Of a DNA stretch of 37,686 bases, positions 20,966 to 34,488 are shown piece by piece. The notes under the pieces are model-generated. The model did no database searches, was not told the DNA's origin, and worked only from the letters and a program-made list of their open reading frames with translations. Every line of letters begins with the position of its first letter. The first letter of the stretch is position 1. The position numbers and the translations under genes are program-made. The DNA is taken from assembly GCF_001194135.2 (NCBI RefSeq), contig NC_068988.1, positions 57,584,783-57,622,468 on the forward strand, given 5' to 3'. The DNA is from Octopus bimaculoides (taxonomy: Eukaryota).

Positions 20966-21188
20966 GTGTTTCCCTTCCTTGATGGGGTTCAAACGATGTA
21001 GACCTCTCTCAAATGTAGCACTCAATACCCATATAATGTTTCAAGTCTTTTATTGAAGACATTTCATCACAATTCTTTCCCATTTCATAAGTTTTTTCTA
21101 ATTATACTTGAAAAAAAACCTGAGTTAGAAACAATTGGAGTGTAACGACTTCAATTACAACAACAACAACAACAACAACAACAATAAC

Positions 21189-21236
<48 letters not shown>

Positions 21237-21238
<2 letters not shown>

Positions 21239-21612
21239 CAAGAACATTCAGAGAGCGCAAACCTCCGCCAAGGCAACAGCAAAGTCCTCTCAATGATTAG
21301 CCAGAGATGATTTTAAAATGAGAATATCTGAAATAAACTTGACTGCTCTCACAAATGAGAATACTAAAAATGAACCCGACCGCTCTCAAAAATTAAGTAA
21401 GAAAAAAAGAAAATCAAGAAAACTAATCCAGAATCCTTGTCCGGTACCGGATCGATCCCAAAAATCTAATCAGTTCGTGCCAGTCACGAGGCCAAACATT
21501 CCTCGAAAGTTTCAGCCGAATCCATCCAGCGGTTCTTGAGATATCTTGTCCACGGACAAAGAAACAAACACCACTGAAAACAATACCTCCGCCTCTGCTA
21601 AGACGGAGGTAA
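21237..21612 (-). mobile_element. non-autonomous Helentron-type element (HINE / DINE-1-like)
   Basis: Minus-strand 5' end TTACCTCCGTC..AGAGGCGGAGGTATTGTTTT has a subTIR plus internal inverted copy. The 3' end is TTGGCGGAGGTTTGCGCTCTCTGAATGTTCTTGTT. Body GGATGGATTCGGCTGAAACTT...GATTAGATTTTTGGGATCGATCCGG is typical of this class as I recall it. Both ends sit in T-rich tracts on the minus strand. Confidence 0.75.
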
Positions 21613-22083
21613 CAACAGCAACAACAACAACAACAATAATAATAATAATAATAATAATAAATATACATATATATGTTGTCTTGTAGCTTTGAAATTTGAA
21701 TTCTTCCTATTTTATTAAGCCCTTTGCTAAGGACTTGGCACAGAAAAATATTCCTGTTATAATCTACGTAATATTCTTATCACTGATGTGTGTTCCTCTT
21801 CAGTCTTGTGGGAATCTTTGCGTGTGAATTTGTATCGGTGCGTTTTATATATATATGTACATATTATTTTATATGTATTTGTATGTGAATGTATGTATGC
21901 GTGTGTGGGGGAGGAAGGGGTCTGTATGTGTAGGTGTGTGTGTGTATGTATGTGTGTGAGAGTGGTGTGTGTGTATAATGTAGTGGATGTGCCAATGATG
22001 TATGAAAAATGAAAGAGGGAGGCAATTGAAAAACGCAATTATTGAACAGAGGGAAAAAAAACAATGTTGAACGATGTTAGCAA

Positions 22084-22121
<38 letters not shown>

Positions 22122-22461
22122 ATACGTGTATCACATCGTGTGTGCGCTTATATATATATAGATGTGTGTGTGTGTATGTGTTTGTGTATCCTTCAACGGC
22201 CATCTGCATTCGATAATTGCTCTTTCAATCACCTTTCCCTGGCTATCTACTTTATACAATAAATCTATATAACATAATGGATCTTTCTACAACCAACCGA
22301 CCGACCAGCCAGCCAACCAGCCAGCCAACCAGCCAGCCAACCAACACTGCTGTTTGTTACTTGTTCCTGTTTCAGCTTACGCATACACACAGAAATATAT
22401 GCACACAGCCAGCTAGACACACACACACACACACATGTGTATAGATAGATGTGTGTATGTG

Positions 22462-22591
22462 TTATAATTTAGAAGAAACAGTGAAAGCTTGTTGTCATTG
22501 TAGTCACTCGGAGTTTCGAATGTCGGAGCAAAGAGCTATCAAACTCCGAGTACTATAATTACAACCTTTCACTGTTTGTTCTGAACTATAA
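22462..22591. other. 130 bp imperfect fold-back
   Basis: Left arm 22462-22519 pairs with right arm 22539-22591. Perfect blocks are AAACAGTGAAAG and ACTCGGAGTTT, with a few bulges and mismatches; loop about 19 nt. Confidence 0.8.
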
Positions 22592-22625
22592 AATATCGAG
22601 GCCTCATTCTTTTGTTGTTACATGC

Positions 22626-22722
<97 letters not shown>

Positions 22723-22742
22723 GTGTGTGTGTGTGGATGTCT

Positions 22743-22773
<31 letters not shown>

Positions 22774-22957
22774 CATTGATACGATACATATGTGTGTATA
22801 CTCTCTGCAAAGCAAACACACACCAACCCCTTTCCGTGGACAAACAAAAGATGCAAAAAAAAAAAACACGACTCAAGACGGGATGATGATTATGATGATG
22901 ATGATGATGATGACGACGATAATTGACAACAACAACCACAAAAACAACAATAGTAGT

Positions 22958-23015
<58 letters not shown>

Positions 23016-23427
23016 GTGGTGGTAACGGAGTAGTAATAGTAGCAACAGAAGTAATGCAACACATGAAGACGTTTCCCCCCCNNNNNNNNNNNNNNNNNNN
23101 NNNNNNNNNNNNNNNNNNNNNNNNNNNNNNNNNNNNNNNNNNNNNNNNNNNNNNNNNNNNNNNNNNNNNNNNNNNNNNNNNNNNNNNNNNNNNNNNNNNN
23201 NNNNNNNNNNNNNNNNNNNNNNNNNNNNNNNNNNNNNNNNNNNNNNNNNNNNNNNNNNNNNNNNNNNNNNNNNNNNNNNNNNNNNNNNNNNNNNNNNNNN
23301 NNNNNNNNNNNNNNNNNNNNNNNNNNNNNNNNNNNNNNNNNNNNNNNNNNNNNNNNNNNNNNNNNNNNNNNNNNNNNNNNNNNNNNNNNNNNNNNNNNNN
23401 NNNNNNNNNNNNNNNNNNNNNNNNNNN

Positions 23428-23490
<63 letters not shown>

Positions 23491-23504
23491 CCACATTATT
23501 TACG

Positions 23505-23875
23505 GCGGTATTGTGTGATTTGAAGGAGACTTAGCTGTTATTTCTAGCGACCGTGAAGTGCCACCCAGCAGTATTACAGACGATGTTTACTGCCATAACC
23601 ATCCGGCCTTGTACATCAAGAGCTTACATTGTCCCAATGTACCCTTCGATTTTGAAAACCACTGCCTTGAAAACGTTTGATTTCAGGGAAATTTGGCTGT
23701 TATTTCTAGCAATTCGAAGTACCCTGCGTAAAACACATATTGTCGGTGTTTAGCCCTGATCAAGTAGTCAAAGGTGTTCCTGCTATGATGACCTCGTCTT
23801 TTTAAAACGGCAATGCTTGATTAATTTAGGAAGATTTCGGCTACTATTATTTCTAGCAGGTCAAACAGCCACTTA
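23505..23875 (-). repeat. family X array, 3 units
   Basis: ATTTCTAGC at 23540, 23702 and 23849, same orientation. Confidence 0.6.
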
Positions 23876-25121
23876 GTGATTCCGTCCTTTGTTCGTTCTG
23901 TCCTAACTGAACGATGAACAACGAAACAACCCCGAACATCGATTGTCAAATATATACAAAATAACATTAAATAATTATATAAAAAAAGCACCCCCTCTAA
24001 TCATTATTACCCAGAGCCTTATTTCTACCTCTGACCATATATATATACATATATNNNNNNNNNNNNNNNNNNNNNNNNNNNNNNNNNNNNNNNNNNNNNN
24101 NNNNNNNNNNNNNNNTATATATATATATATGTATATGTATGTATGTATGTATGTAAAAATATTACTAGTATTACAAAATTCACTGAACGCAAAAGGTTTT
24201 TATATTGATATATCTATAGACAACTTTGTCACACACACGCATATACATATATTTACACAGACACATATACAAAGGTACATATATACACATTAGCGTGGAT
24301 ACCTTAATCGGGGTCCCATGGTTTTCATATACGTACAAAAAAAAACGTACAGGAGTATCATCTATTATAAATCTCACTGAATATATATAGAAAGAAGGCT
24401 GCTTTCATTGATGTGTTGTATAAAGGATAACTCACCGTTACACACATATTCAAATATACACAATTATACATACCCCCTATAATGTACAATTGCAGTTTCT
24501 ATAATTATACACACATACACACACACATATATACATATATATATATATATATATAGTGACAAGGGTCCCTTGATAAATTCTTTAACTGGTACCCCCTCTA
24601 TTCGGTAATGTCTGCTACCCTATCTCTCTATTCTTCAACATTCTCTCTATCTCTCTATCTCCTCTCTACTCTACAAATCCGTTCTCCTCTGTCTGTCTGT
24701 CTATCTCTCTCTCTCTCTCTCTCGCTATCCGTACAGTTGCCAGCCAACCATATAAATATTGCAGCCGCTTGCTGTTGTAGACCTTAAAACTAACACCATC
24801 ATCTTCATCATCATCACCAACACGACCACCAACACCGCAACCACTTACAACAACGACAACCACAGCCAACCACATCTACAACCACCACTACCATCAATAG
24901 CGAACCGACACCAACCTACCAACTTATCAGTCACCAGTCACCAGCCACTGGTGTTGAGATAGTAGTAAGATAGATACACCGTGGTGCAGCAGTCTGTAAT
25001 AGTAGCAGCAGAGATTGTTGTGTGTAGTATCGGCATTTACATACTGACACAACATCACTTCTTGGTGCCGATGGAGCTGATGTTATTGGCGAACATGAAT
25101 CTACAGATGCGTATGTGTGTG

Positions 25122-25182
<61 letters not shown>

Positions 25183-25251
25183 GCATGCGTGCATGGAGGT
25201 ATACGAATATGGAAAATAAACGTGTGCATGTGTGGGTGTGAGTGTTATTTA

Positions 25252-25379
25252 GCCGAGAACACTACAGGTGTTACTCAACGCACGAGTGTTTCGTGCCAAA
25301 AAGCACTTGCCGAAATTTGGCACGAAGAGCTTTGGCACGAAACTTAAGGCTCTTGAGTAACACCTGTGATAGTCCCGGC
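25252..25379. mobile_element. palindromic MITE-like element, 128 bp
   Basis: ACAGGTGTTACTCAA (25264-25278) pairs exactly with 25353-25367. GTTTCGTGCCAAA (25288-25300) pairs exactly with 25331-25343. An extra TTTGGCACGAA lies at 25316. Outer GCCG/CGGC. Confidence 0.65.
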
Positions 25380-25783
25380 AGATAGGAACAACAAGAATTA
25401 CAAAATTACATATGCTCTGCTTTACGTATTGAGCTCTCTTCCTCCCGCTAGCGAAAAACCAAAGGTGTGTGTGTGTGTGTGTGTGTGATTTGAAAGAGTG
25501 AAATATAATATAAACAAAGAAATCTACAATTATAGAAGTCTATATGCATAAATATATACGCGTGTATACACACAACATATATACATATACATATATATAT
25601 ATAAAAATATATATATATATATGTATATATACACTCACGTATGTACACATGAGGTGTGGTGTAGAGATGAATGGACATAAAGGCAGGTAGGTCTATAGCC
25701 CGATATAGGTAACCAGATAAATATAGACACACACACAAACACTATACATACAAACATACATACATACATACATACATATACAT

Positions 25784-25832
<49 letters not shown>

Positions 25833-25966
25833 ACGTGTTATATAGAGAAAGGTAATAGGGTATCCTGAGTTAGTTACTAACCCGTGCATATGGCCAGTTT
25901 CTTTGCAAACCAGTCACCTTGCATTTATAGAAAATCTTTGATCCATTCGTGCAACAGAAGATAGCG

Positions 25967-26037
<71 letters not shown>

Positions 26038-26382
26038 CATGTATGTATGTATTTATGTATGTGTATATGTACGTGTGTGTGAATGCACGTACATTCAGAT
26101 TCATACATGCATACACACATACGGTATACACATAAACCTTGTTATATATGCACAACTAATGTATATACATATATGCGAGGTAGTGAAAACAGTATATAAA
26201 CCAACATACAAGGATTCAATCGTGCTCTGCCATAGAACACGGAACATACATACATACATACATACATACACGCACATACATACATATACACGCGCACGCA
26301 CATGCATACATACATACATGCATACATACATACATTCACAAATACATACATCCGGAATCATTCGTACATACATACATACATT

Positions 26383-26414
<32 letters not shown>

Positions 26415-27029
26415 CACACGCAGATTCTTGCTTGGATATCGAAAGAAAATTGTCGACGTGAAGAAAGAAGCATTTCGTCAATGAAAACATAACAACATAT
26501 AAAATTATATATACGTGTAGAAAATGAAGAATGAAAGCTATAAATACATAGGTATATGTGTATATATATATCCATTCACATCTTGAAGCCGGGATCTTGA
26601 TGCTCTGGGGGTAATACCGTAGTTGCCATCTGTATATGCATATCTACATATAACTGTGTGTGTATGTCTGTGTGCGTGTGTCTGTATGTGTGTAGTTTTC
26701 ACTAAGATGCGCGAATAGATGAGAGCAACTACTACTACTACTACTATTACTACGACTACTGCTGCTGATAGTGTTGTTGTTGTTGTTTTGTAGCTGCTGC
26801 TACCGCGCCTTCTGCTTCTTCTTCTTCTTCTTCTTCTTCTACGCTCCCCCGTCGTCGTCTTCGTCCCCTTCACAACCTTTCGCTATTTTCTTCTACCCAC
26901 TTACTTTATTCGTCTGTATTTTTCTCTCTTCTCTCTCTCTCTCTATCTCACTCAATCACACACACACACACACACACACACACAAATACACATACATACA
27001 TACATACATATATACACGTTTATATATTT

Positions 27030-27064
<35 letters not shown>

Positions 27065-27637
27065 NNNNNNNNNNNNNNNNNNNNNNNNNNNNNNNNNNNN
27101 NNNNNNNNNNNNNNNNNNNNNNNNNNNNNNNNNNNNNNNNNNNNNNNNNNNNNNNNNNNNNNNNNNNNNNNNNNNNNNNNNNNNNNNNNNNNNNNNNNNN
27201 NNNNNNNNNNNNNNNNNNNNNNNNNNNNNNNNNNNNNNNNNNNNNNNNNNNNNNNNNNNNNNNNNNNNNNNNNNNNNNNNNNNNNNNNNNNNNNNNNNNN
27301 NNNNNNNNNNNNNNNNNNNNNNNNNNNNNNNNNNNNNNNNNNNNNNNNNNNNNNNNNNNNNNNNNNNNNNNNNNNNNNNNNNNNNNNNNNNNNNNNNNNN
27401 NNNNNNNNNNNNNNNNNNNNNNNNNNNNNNNNNNNNNNNNNNNNNNNNNNNNNNNNNNNNNNNNNNNNNNNNNNNNNNNNNNNNNNNNNNNNNNNNNNNN
27501 NNNNNNNNNNNNNNNNNNNNNNNNNNNNNNNNNNNNNNNNNNNNNNNNNNNNNNNNNNNNNNNNNNNNNNNNNNNNNNNNNNNNNNNNNNAGGGAGAATT
27601 AAATCCTCTGATCACGCTTCCCTACACTTTTCACCGA

Positions 27638-27687
<50 letters not shown>

Positions 27688-27765
27688 CACTACTACCACC
27701 ACCACCACCAACAACAACAACAATAAAACCAAGGACACCACCACCGCTACCAACACTATTCGTGG

Positions 27766-27975
27766 TTTGCTCGACCTGCTAGAAACAACAGCTAGATCTC
27801 CCTCAAATCCTACACCTCACTTGTCTTTCAACAAAGAAACGACACACTTGCACGGTATAGTCCCAGATACCCTAATCCTGAAACCAAGACGAAGGTGTAA
27901 CAATGCTCTGGAACTCTTTTCATCATATGGACTGCTTAACACGGACTGACCTGGGGTTAAACGACAAGAAAACAA
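27766..27975 (+). mobile_element. family X near-complete unit
   Basis: TTTGCTCGACCTGCTAGAAAC...CTCCCTCAAATC...GACTGACCTGGGGTTAAACGACAA. Further copies at about 28005, 28275-28400 and 28545. Confidence 0.65.
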
Positions 27976-28121
27976 CAGTGTGAGCTCCTACATGGATTCT
28001 CGGCCTGCGAGAAATAGCAACCTAAATTCATTTCAAATCCCTACCTCCACCTCATAGTCTTTGAAAAAGAAAGGCAGGATGGTTACGGCTGGAAGTGTTT
28101 TGAGTTCAATCAGTTATTTCT

Positions 28122-28187
<66 letters not shown>

Positions 28188-29294
28188 ATTAACAACAACA
28201 AGCTCAAACGCAACAGCATTTACAGAGAGACGTCTACATGTCTAAAGCATTGCTACCAGCGCTACTACTAACATGAAGGACACATTGTGATAATGTAGTC
28301 CTAGATATACCTATGTCTTGTCTGAAAAAATAAAAGGAAAAAAAAAAATCCAGATGGTCGTGGCTGGAATGCTGTCGACCATAGATAGGTCAACTTGATC
28401 AGAGCGAATCTGGAGCTAAACAACTGCGACGACGACGATGATAACGATGATGATGATGATGATGATGATGATAGGGATGACCATCATTACCATCCAGTGA
28501 CCAAAGAGAGAGGCCACTGACAGGAAGGGCAGAGGGTGAAGTTACTCGACCAGCTAGAAATAGCAGCCAAAGTCTCTCCTTTCTCTCCCTCTCTCTCTTT
28601 CTCTTTAACGGTGACTGAAACAAAGCAGGACACATTAGCGGATAACGTTATACAAGATTTAAATGATATATTTTGGATGGGCATGGCTGGAGCGTCTTTG
28701 ACCACAGGTTAGCTGGATCAGGCCAGACCTTGGGGCGGGAGGCAAACATCACCATCATAATAATAATGATAATCATCATCATCATCATCATCATCATTAT
28801 CATCACCACAACCACCACCACCACCATCAGCATCATCAACATCATCCTCATCATCATCATCATCATCATCATCAATGTGATGTCAGTGAGTGAAGTGTCC
28901 TTCCTTTTGCCACAACTACCAGCATCTTTGCAATTTCACTGCAGTGTCACAACAACCATGACATCTATGTAAAACAAGATAAACTGCCACCTTCACCACC
29001 ACCATCACAATCACCACCACCACCACAACCACTACTACCACCACTATCACCACCACCGATACAACCACCAGAACCACTACTATTACTAACAACAACAATA
29101 ACAGGGATGGCACTTCCAGAGAATGTTTTTTTTTTATATATCTTGTCAGTTCTTACAAATGTAGTGCAGAGTGGTGGTGGTGGTGGTGGTGGTGGTGATA
29201 AAGAGGGAAAACAAGGAAGAACAAGACAAGAAGCACCACCAAAATCTACAGCTGTCATGACACCACTGCTTCATCTTTTCCTTCTTCTTCACGC

Positions 29295-29327
<33 letters not shown>

Positions 29328-29494
29328 TACCACTACTCCATACCGACAGATAGTAGCCGTGCTAATAATAATACGGCATTATGCGGTACCTTGTAGTAGT
29401 AGTAGTAGTAGTAGTAGTAATAGTAGCAGTATTAGTAGTATGTTTGTATGTATTGCTGACCACTACTACCATTATCAGTTATCATAAATTAGTA

Positions 29495-29525
<31 letters not shown>

Positions 29526-30544
29526 GGTGTCATCATTTCACGTCCCTCAGGTTGGGTTTGTTTACCTGATGGAATATTGTCACCTCGGTCTCCAGCTTAC
29601 TCTACTTGTCTACCTATCTATCAATAATCAATCAATCTTTCTATTATCTATTTATCTATATTTATCTAATCATCTATCTTTCTATCTATCTATCTATCTA
29701 TCTATCTACCTGTCTATTTATCTTCCTGTCTAACTGTCTGTCAATCTGTCTGTTTGTCTGTCTGTATGCATGAATATATGTATGAATGTGTGTGTGTATG
29801 TGTGTGTTACATATATACATATATATATATATATGCCACTCTTTCAATCAGTCAATCAATCTATCAATCAATCTATCTATCTATCTGTCTGACTGTCTGT
29901 CTGTCTATCTGTTTATCTAGCTATTTATCTCTCTATGCATCCATCTATCAATGTATCTATCTATCTATCTATCTATCTCCCTACCTACCNNNNNNNNNNN
30001 NNNNNNNNNNNNNNNNNNNNNNNNNNNNNNNNNNNNNNNNNNNNNNNNNNNNNNNNNNNNNNNNNNNNNNNNNNNNNNNNNNNNNNNNNNNNNNNNNNNN
30101 NNNNNNNNNNNNNNNNNNNNNNNATATATATATATACATATATATATATATATGCCACTCTTTCAATCAGTCAATCAATCTATCAATCAATCTATCTATC
30201 TATCTGTCTGACTGTCTGTCTGTCTATCTGTTTATCTAGCTATTTATCTCTCTATGCATCCATCTATCAATGTATCTATCTATCTATCTATCTATCTCCC
30301 TACCTACCTACATCTCTATCTATCTATCTCTTTCTACCTCTCTATTTATCTGTCTGTCCATCCATCCATCCGTCTATTTGTCTGTCCATCTATCTATCTC
30401 TCTATATGCACATACAAACATGGACTCACACACCCACACACAGACACATGCCTATCTTTCTCATTATTAATCATTCCTCTCTCTCCCGTTTTTTACTCAA
30501 TAAAACTCACTCTCTATTCACTGTCAGCCTGTGTTTTTGTTGTT

Positions 30545-30935
30545 TTATGTTTTTGCTTAACCTCAATGCCTATGATCAGAGGCATTCCTACCATGACCAT
30601 CATGTCTAGGCTTTACTTCAGCCATAATATATATCGAAAACTATAATACCCCATGTGTCCTTCAGATATTGTTCACTAAATCATCCATAAACATTTCCTT
30701 CATCCATAGTATATCTAGGAATACATTATCCAGTGTGTCCTTCAGCCATGGTATATCTAGGACTATGTTATCGAATGTGTCCTTCAGCCATAGTATAGCT
30801 CAAACTACATTAGCCAATGTGTCCTTCAGACATAGTATATATTGGACTACATTATCCAATATCCATCCATTTTCTTAAGACAGTAAGGTGTGATGTGAAT
30901 GTGGGATTTAGCTACTATTTCCAGCAGGTCAAATA
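30545..30935 (-). repeat. family X copy with internal 42 bp tandem expansion (30705-30862)
   Basis: Unit CAT(A/G)GTATATCTAGGACTACATTATCCAATGTGTCCTTCAGC occurs about 3.8 times, with a more degenerate unit upstream. X 5' and 3' motifs flank it. Confidence 0.8.
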
Positions 30936-30979
30936 AACTACATACATAGAGACACCAATGTTGGCTCAACTCCATGGTT

Positions 30980-31560
30980 AAATGCTAGTATAAAAAACAG
31001 TATACACTATTGTATTTAGTGGTATATAGCATAGTACAGACTAGTATATAGAATGGTATTCTATGATATATAGCTTGATAGTTATTCATTAGTTTATAGT
31101 ATATTGTAAACCAGTACATAGTATGTATCCAGTGATACATACTATATAATATAGTATGGGTCTATGTATATAGTACTGTTTGGTACTTTAGTTGTATATA
31201 GTGTAACATGGAGGTATCTATTTCATGATATGGTTAGGTAAATGGGAATATGATATAGAGGAGCATATAACACAATGTGAAACATAGTATATATTATACT
31301 ATATGGTATGATACAGAATATGTACCACATTATTAAAATATAGTAAACCGTATTCTATCATATGGCGTAGAATGATATATAGCAAATTGGGAAATATGAT
31401 ATATTGTACTGTATTGTGTAAATTAATATATAACATTGTATGTATGATATATGGTATACTGTACTTTATGGTATGGCATTGTACAATGTGAGATATGGTA
31501 TCCTATACTGTATAGTATGGTGTATTGTTTGTATCCTAGTTACAGAATATGTACGCTGTG
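30980..31560. repeat. degenerate AT-rich (ATAGT/ATGGT-type) low-complexity tract
   Basis: Recurrent TATAGTA / TATGGTA / ATATGAT motifs. Confidence 0.6.
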
Positions 31561-32474
31561 TCAATGAATAGTGTCATAAGGGGCAATTGGAAATAGATGA
31601 GGGGGTCATAGCAAGGAAGGGCATCTGGCTGCAAAAACCACCTTAGAGAATCCATCCAAGCAGACGCCAGCAAAGGAAAGCAAACATAGAATGATGACAA
31701 TGACGACGATGATGATGATGATGATGATGATAATGCAGTTTATGATACTATATATCATGGTGTGTTGTGTTGTGGTGTAGTACATAGTACAAAGTAAAAG
31801 GATGAGTGGACGTGGACCTATGATCAAAGGCACTCCAGCCATGACCATCCTCTATTTTTGTAATGTCTTCTCTATCTAGTATATCCTATTAAGGCTACTG
31901 CAGGTGATTTGGAGATGATTTTGACTGCTATTTCTAGCACATCGAGTGACCATGTAGTGGAAGACTATAACGTGCTGTACAGTGCAGCTGATATGGTAGA
32001 GTGCTGTTGATATGCATATCAGCATATGGACATGCATGCAGTTTAGTTGGCTGAGAGACAAACTAGGGATGCAAACCCAGCAGTAGCAGTAGCAGCAGCA
32101 GCAGTGGTAGCACATACAGTAGTAGTAGTAGTAGTAGTAGTAGTAGCTGCAGCAACAGTGAGATCAGCAACAGCTGCATCTGTATATTGTGTGCGTTTGT
32201 GTGTGTTGTTGTTTCCTTCTTTCCTGGTTCGTTAAGTAGTGCTACCACTGCAGTCGGATTACCTTGATTAGATAGGTGATGGTCGCAGCAGCAGTAGCAG
32301 CAACAGCAGCAACAGCAGCAGTAGGAGCTGCAGTAGTAGGAGGAGCTGAGGTGGTGGTGGTGGTGGTGGTGGTGGTGGTGGTGGTGTTGCTGAACTCAAA
32401 CGAAGGATGGAGAATGCTGCAGACGCATGTCTCACACTATTACAAAGGGATAGACATCAATAGATGCAGCTACA

Positions 32475-32519
<45 letters not shown>

Positions 32520-32684
32520 ACGTTGAGGCATATATCTATACACACATACAAACATGCATATATGCATACTTAGACACATGCATGTACACATATACACATG
32601 CACAAATATATATATGAATGGATGGATGAATAATATGTGCGTATCTATGTGTATGTCTATGTATGTATGTATGTATGTACGAAT

Positions 32685-32722
<38 letters not shown>

Positions 32723-33487
32723 NNNNNNNNNNNNNNNNNNNNNNNNNNNNNNNNNNNNNNNNNNNNNNNNNNNNNNNNNNNNNNNNNNNNNNNNNNNNNN
32801 NNNNNNNNNNNNNNNNNNNNNNNNNNNNNNNNNNNNNNNNNNNNNNNNNNNNNNNNNNNNNNNNNNNNNNNNNNNNNNNNNNNNNNNNNNNNNNNNNNNN
32901 NNNNNNNNGTGTGTGTGTGTGTGTGTGTGTGTGAATTGGAATTAATAAGGGTTTAGTAATCCAACCCATTATTTCTGTTTTATATATATAGATAGAAAGA
33001 CAGACAGACAGACAGACAAGCAGACAGATAGACAGACAGACAGATAGATAGAGAGATAGAAAGATGGATGGATGGATGGAAGGGTGTGTGTGTGTTGATG
33101 TAGTTAGCTAATGGCATAGATAGAGAGATGCAAGCACAGTGTCAACAAGAAGCAGATTTAAAATAAAGACACCTAATAGCCAGCCAGCCAGCCAACCTGC
33201 CAACCAAACAGACTGACATGCAGAAAGACAGACCGTCAAAATGACAGAGATAAGAAGGGGCACAGATAAAAATGACAGTCAGTGAGACAGTTATAGATAT
33301 TATTGGTGTGTATATTGACATACATGTAGATATGATGAATTCTCCATTGATTTTGATGACATGTGTTTAGTTGTTTGATTAACTGAACAACCAACTCATA
33401 AAAATAATGTGCAAGTGGCTGAGTATCCCAAAGACATATGTGCTTTTAAAAATAAATCTCATGTATGTTCATTTGCATGGAGATGTA

Positions 33488-33687
33488 TTCTTTTATTCTT
33501 TTATTTGTTTCAGTCATTTGATTGCGGCCATGCTGGAGCACTGCCTTTAGTCGAAGAAATCGACCCCAGGACCTATTCTTTGTAAGCCTAGTACTTATTC
33601 TATCAGTCTCTTTTGCTGAACTGCTAAGTTACAAGAACGTACACACACCAGCATCAATTGCCAGGTGTTGGTGAGGGAACAAACACA

Positions 33688-33736
<49 letters not shown>

Positions 33737-33890
33737 GATAGGCTTCTTTCAGTTTCCGTCTACCAAATCCACTTACAAGGCTTTAGTCAGCCTGAGGCTA
33801 TAGTAGAATACACTTGCCTAAGGTGCCACACAGTGGAACTGAACTCAGAACCATGTGGTTGGTAAGCAAGTTACTCACCACACAGCCCCT
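33488..33890 (-). mobile_element. full-length SINE family A, CpG-decayed
   Basis: Colinear with 14155-14552. GCCGAACCGC has become GCTGAACTGC and GTCGGCCCGAG has become GTCAGCCTGAG. Confidence 0.9.
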
Positions 33891-33891
33891 C

Positions 33892-34275
33892 TACTCTTAC
33901 TTGTTTCAGTCATTTGATTGTGGCCATACTGGAGCAGTGCTTCTTTAGTCGATCAAATTAACCCCATAACTTATTCTTTGTAAGCCTAATACTCATTGTA
34001 TTGGCCTCTTTTGCCAGTGTGCTAAGTTATGGAGATGTAAACACGCCAACATCGGTTGTCAAGCGATGGTAGGGGAGAAAACACAGACACATAAATACAT
34101 ATTTATATACAGACATATATATATACATATATATATACGATGGGTTTCTTTCAGTTTCCATCAACCAAATCTACTCACAAGTCTTTGGCCAGCCTGAGGC
34201 AATAGTAGAAGACACTTGCCCAAGGTGCCATGCAGTGGGACTGAACCCAGAACTATGTAGTTGGCAATCAAGCTT
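33892..34275 (-). mobile_element. SINE family A, tandem with the previous copy, CpG-decayed
   Basis: Tail starts directly after the head of 33488-33890. The head is truncated near its 5' end. Confidence 0.85.
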
Positions 34276-34284
34276 ATATATATA

Positions 34285-34454
34285 CTACACTCTCGGAGTG
34301 GTTGGTGTTAGGAAGGGCATCCAGCTGTAGAAACTCTGCCAGATCAGATTGGAGCCTGGTGCAGTCATCTGGTTTGCCAATCCTCAGTCAAATCATCCAA
34401 CCCATGCTAGCATGGAAAGCAGACGTTAAACGATGATGATGATGATGATGATGA

Positions 34455-34457
<3 letters not shown>
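34285..34457 (+). mobile_element. RTE-like LINE 3' end
   Basis: CACTCTCGGAGTGGTTGGTGTTAGGAAGGGCATCCAGCTGTAGAAAC...GACGTTAAAC(GAT)n. Confidence 0.75.

Positions 34458-34488
<31 letters not shown>

Noticed and set aside
29107-29487. 126 aa ORF with a T-rich acceptor at 29149
   Set aside because: Mostly poly-G, poly-T and poly-S from trinucleotide repeats, with a weak donor and no recognisable domain.
29835-30308. ~155 bp exact duplication on both sides of a gap (29835-29989 and 30154-30308)
   Set aside because: Copy 1 ends at the gap and copy 2 starts just after it, the usual sign of unmerged overlapping contigs.
30705-30862. regularly spaced short repeats as a CRISPR-like array
   Set aside because: The units are contiguous with no unique spacers, derive from family X, and the context is eukaryotic.
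32350-32463. protein-like frame GGG...VAELKRRMENAADACLTLLQRDRHQ*
   Set aside because: An in-frame stop lies just upstream, and there is no polypyrimidine acceptor or suitable start.
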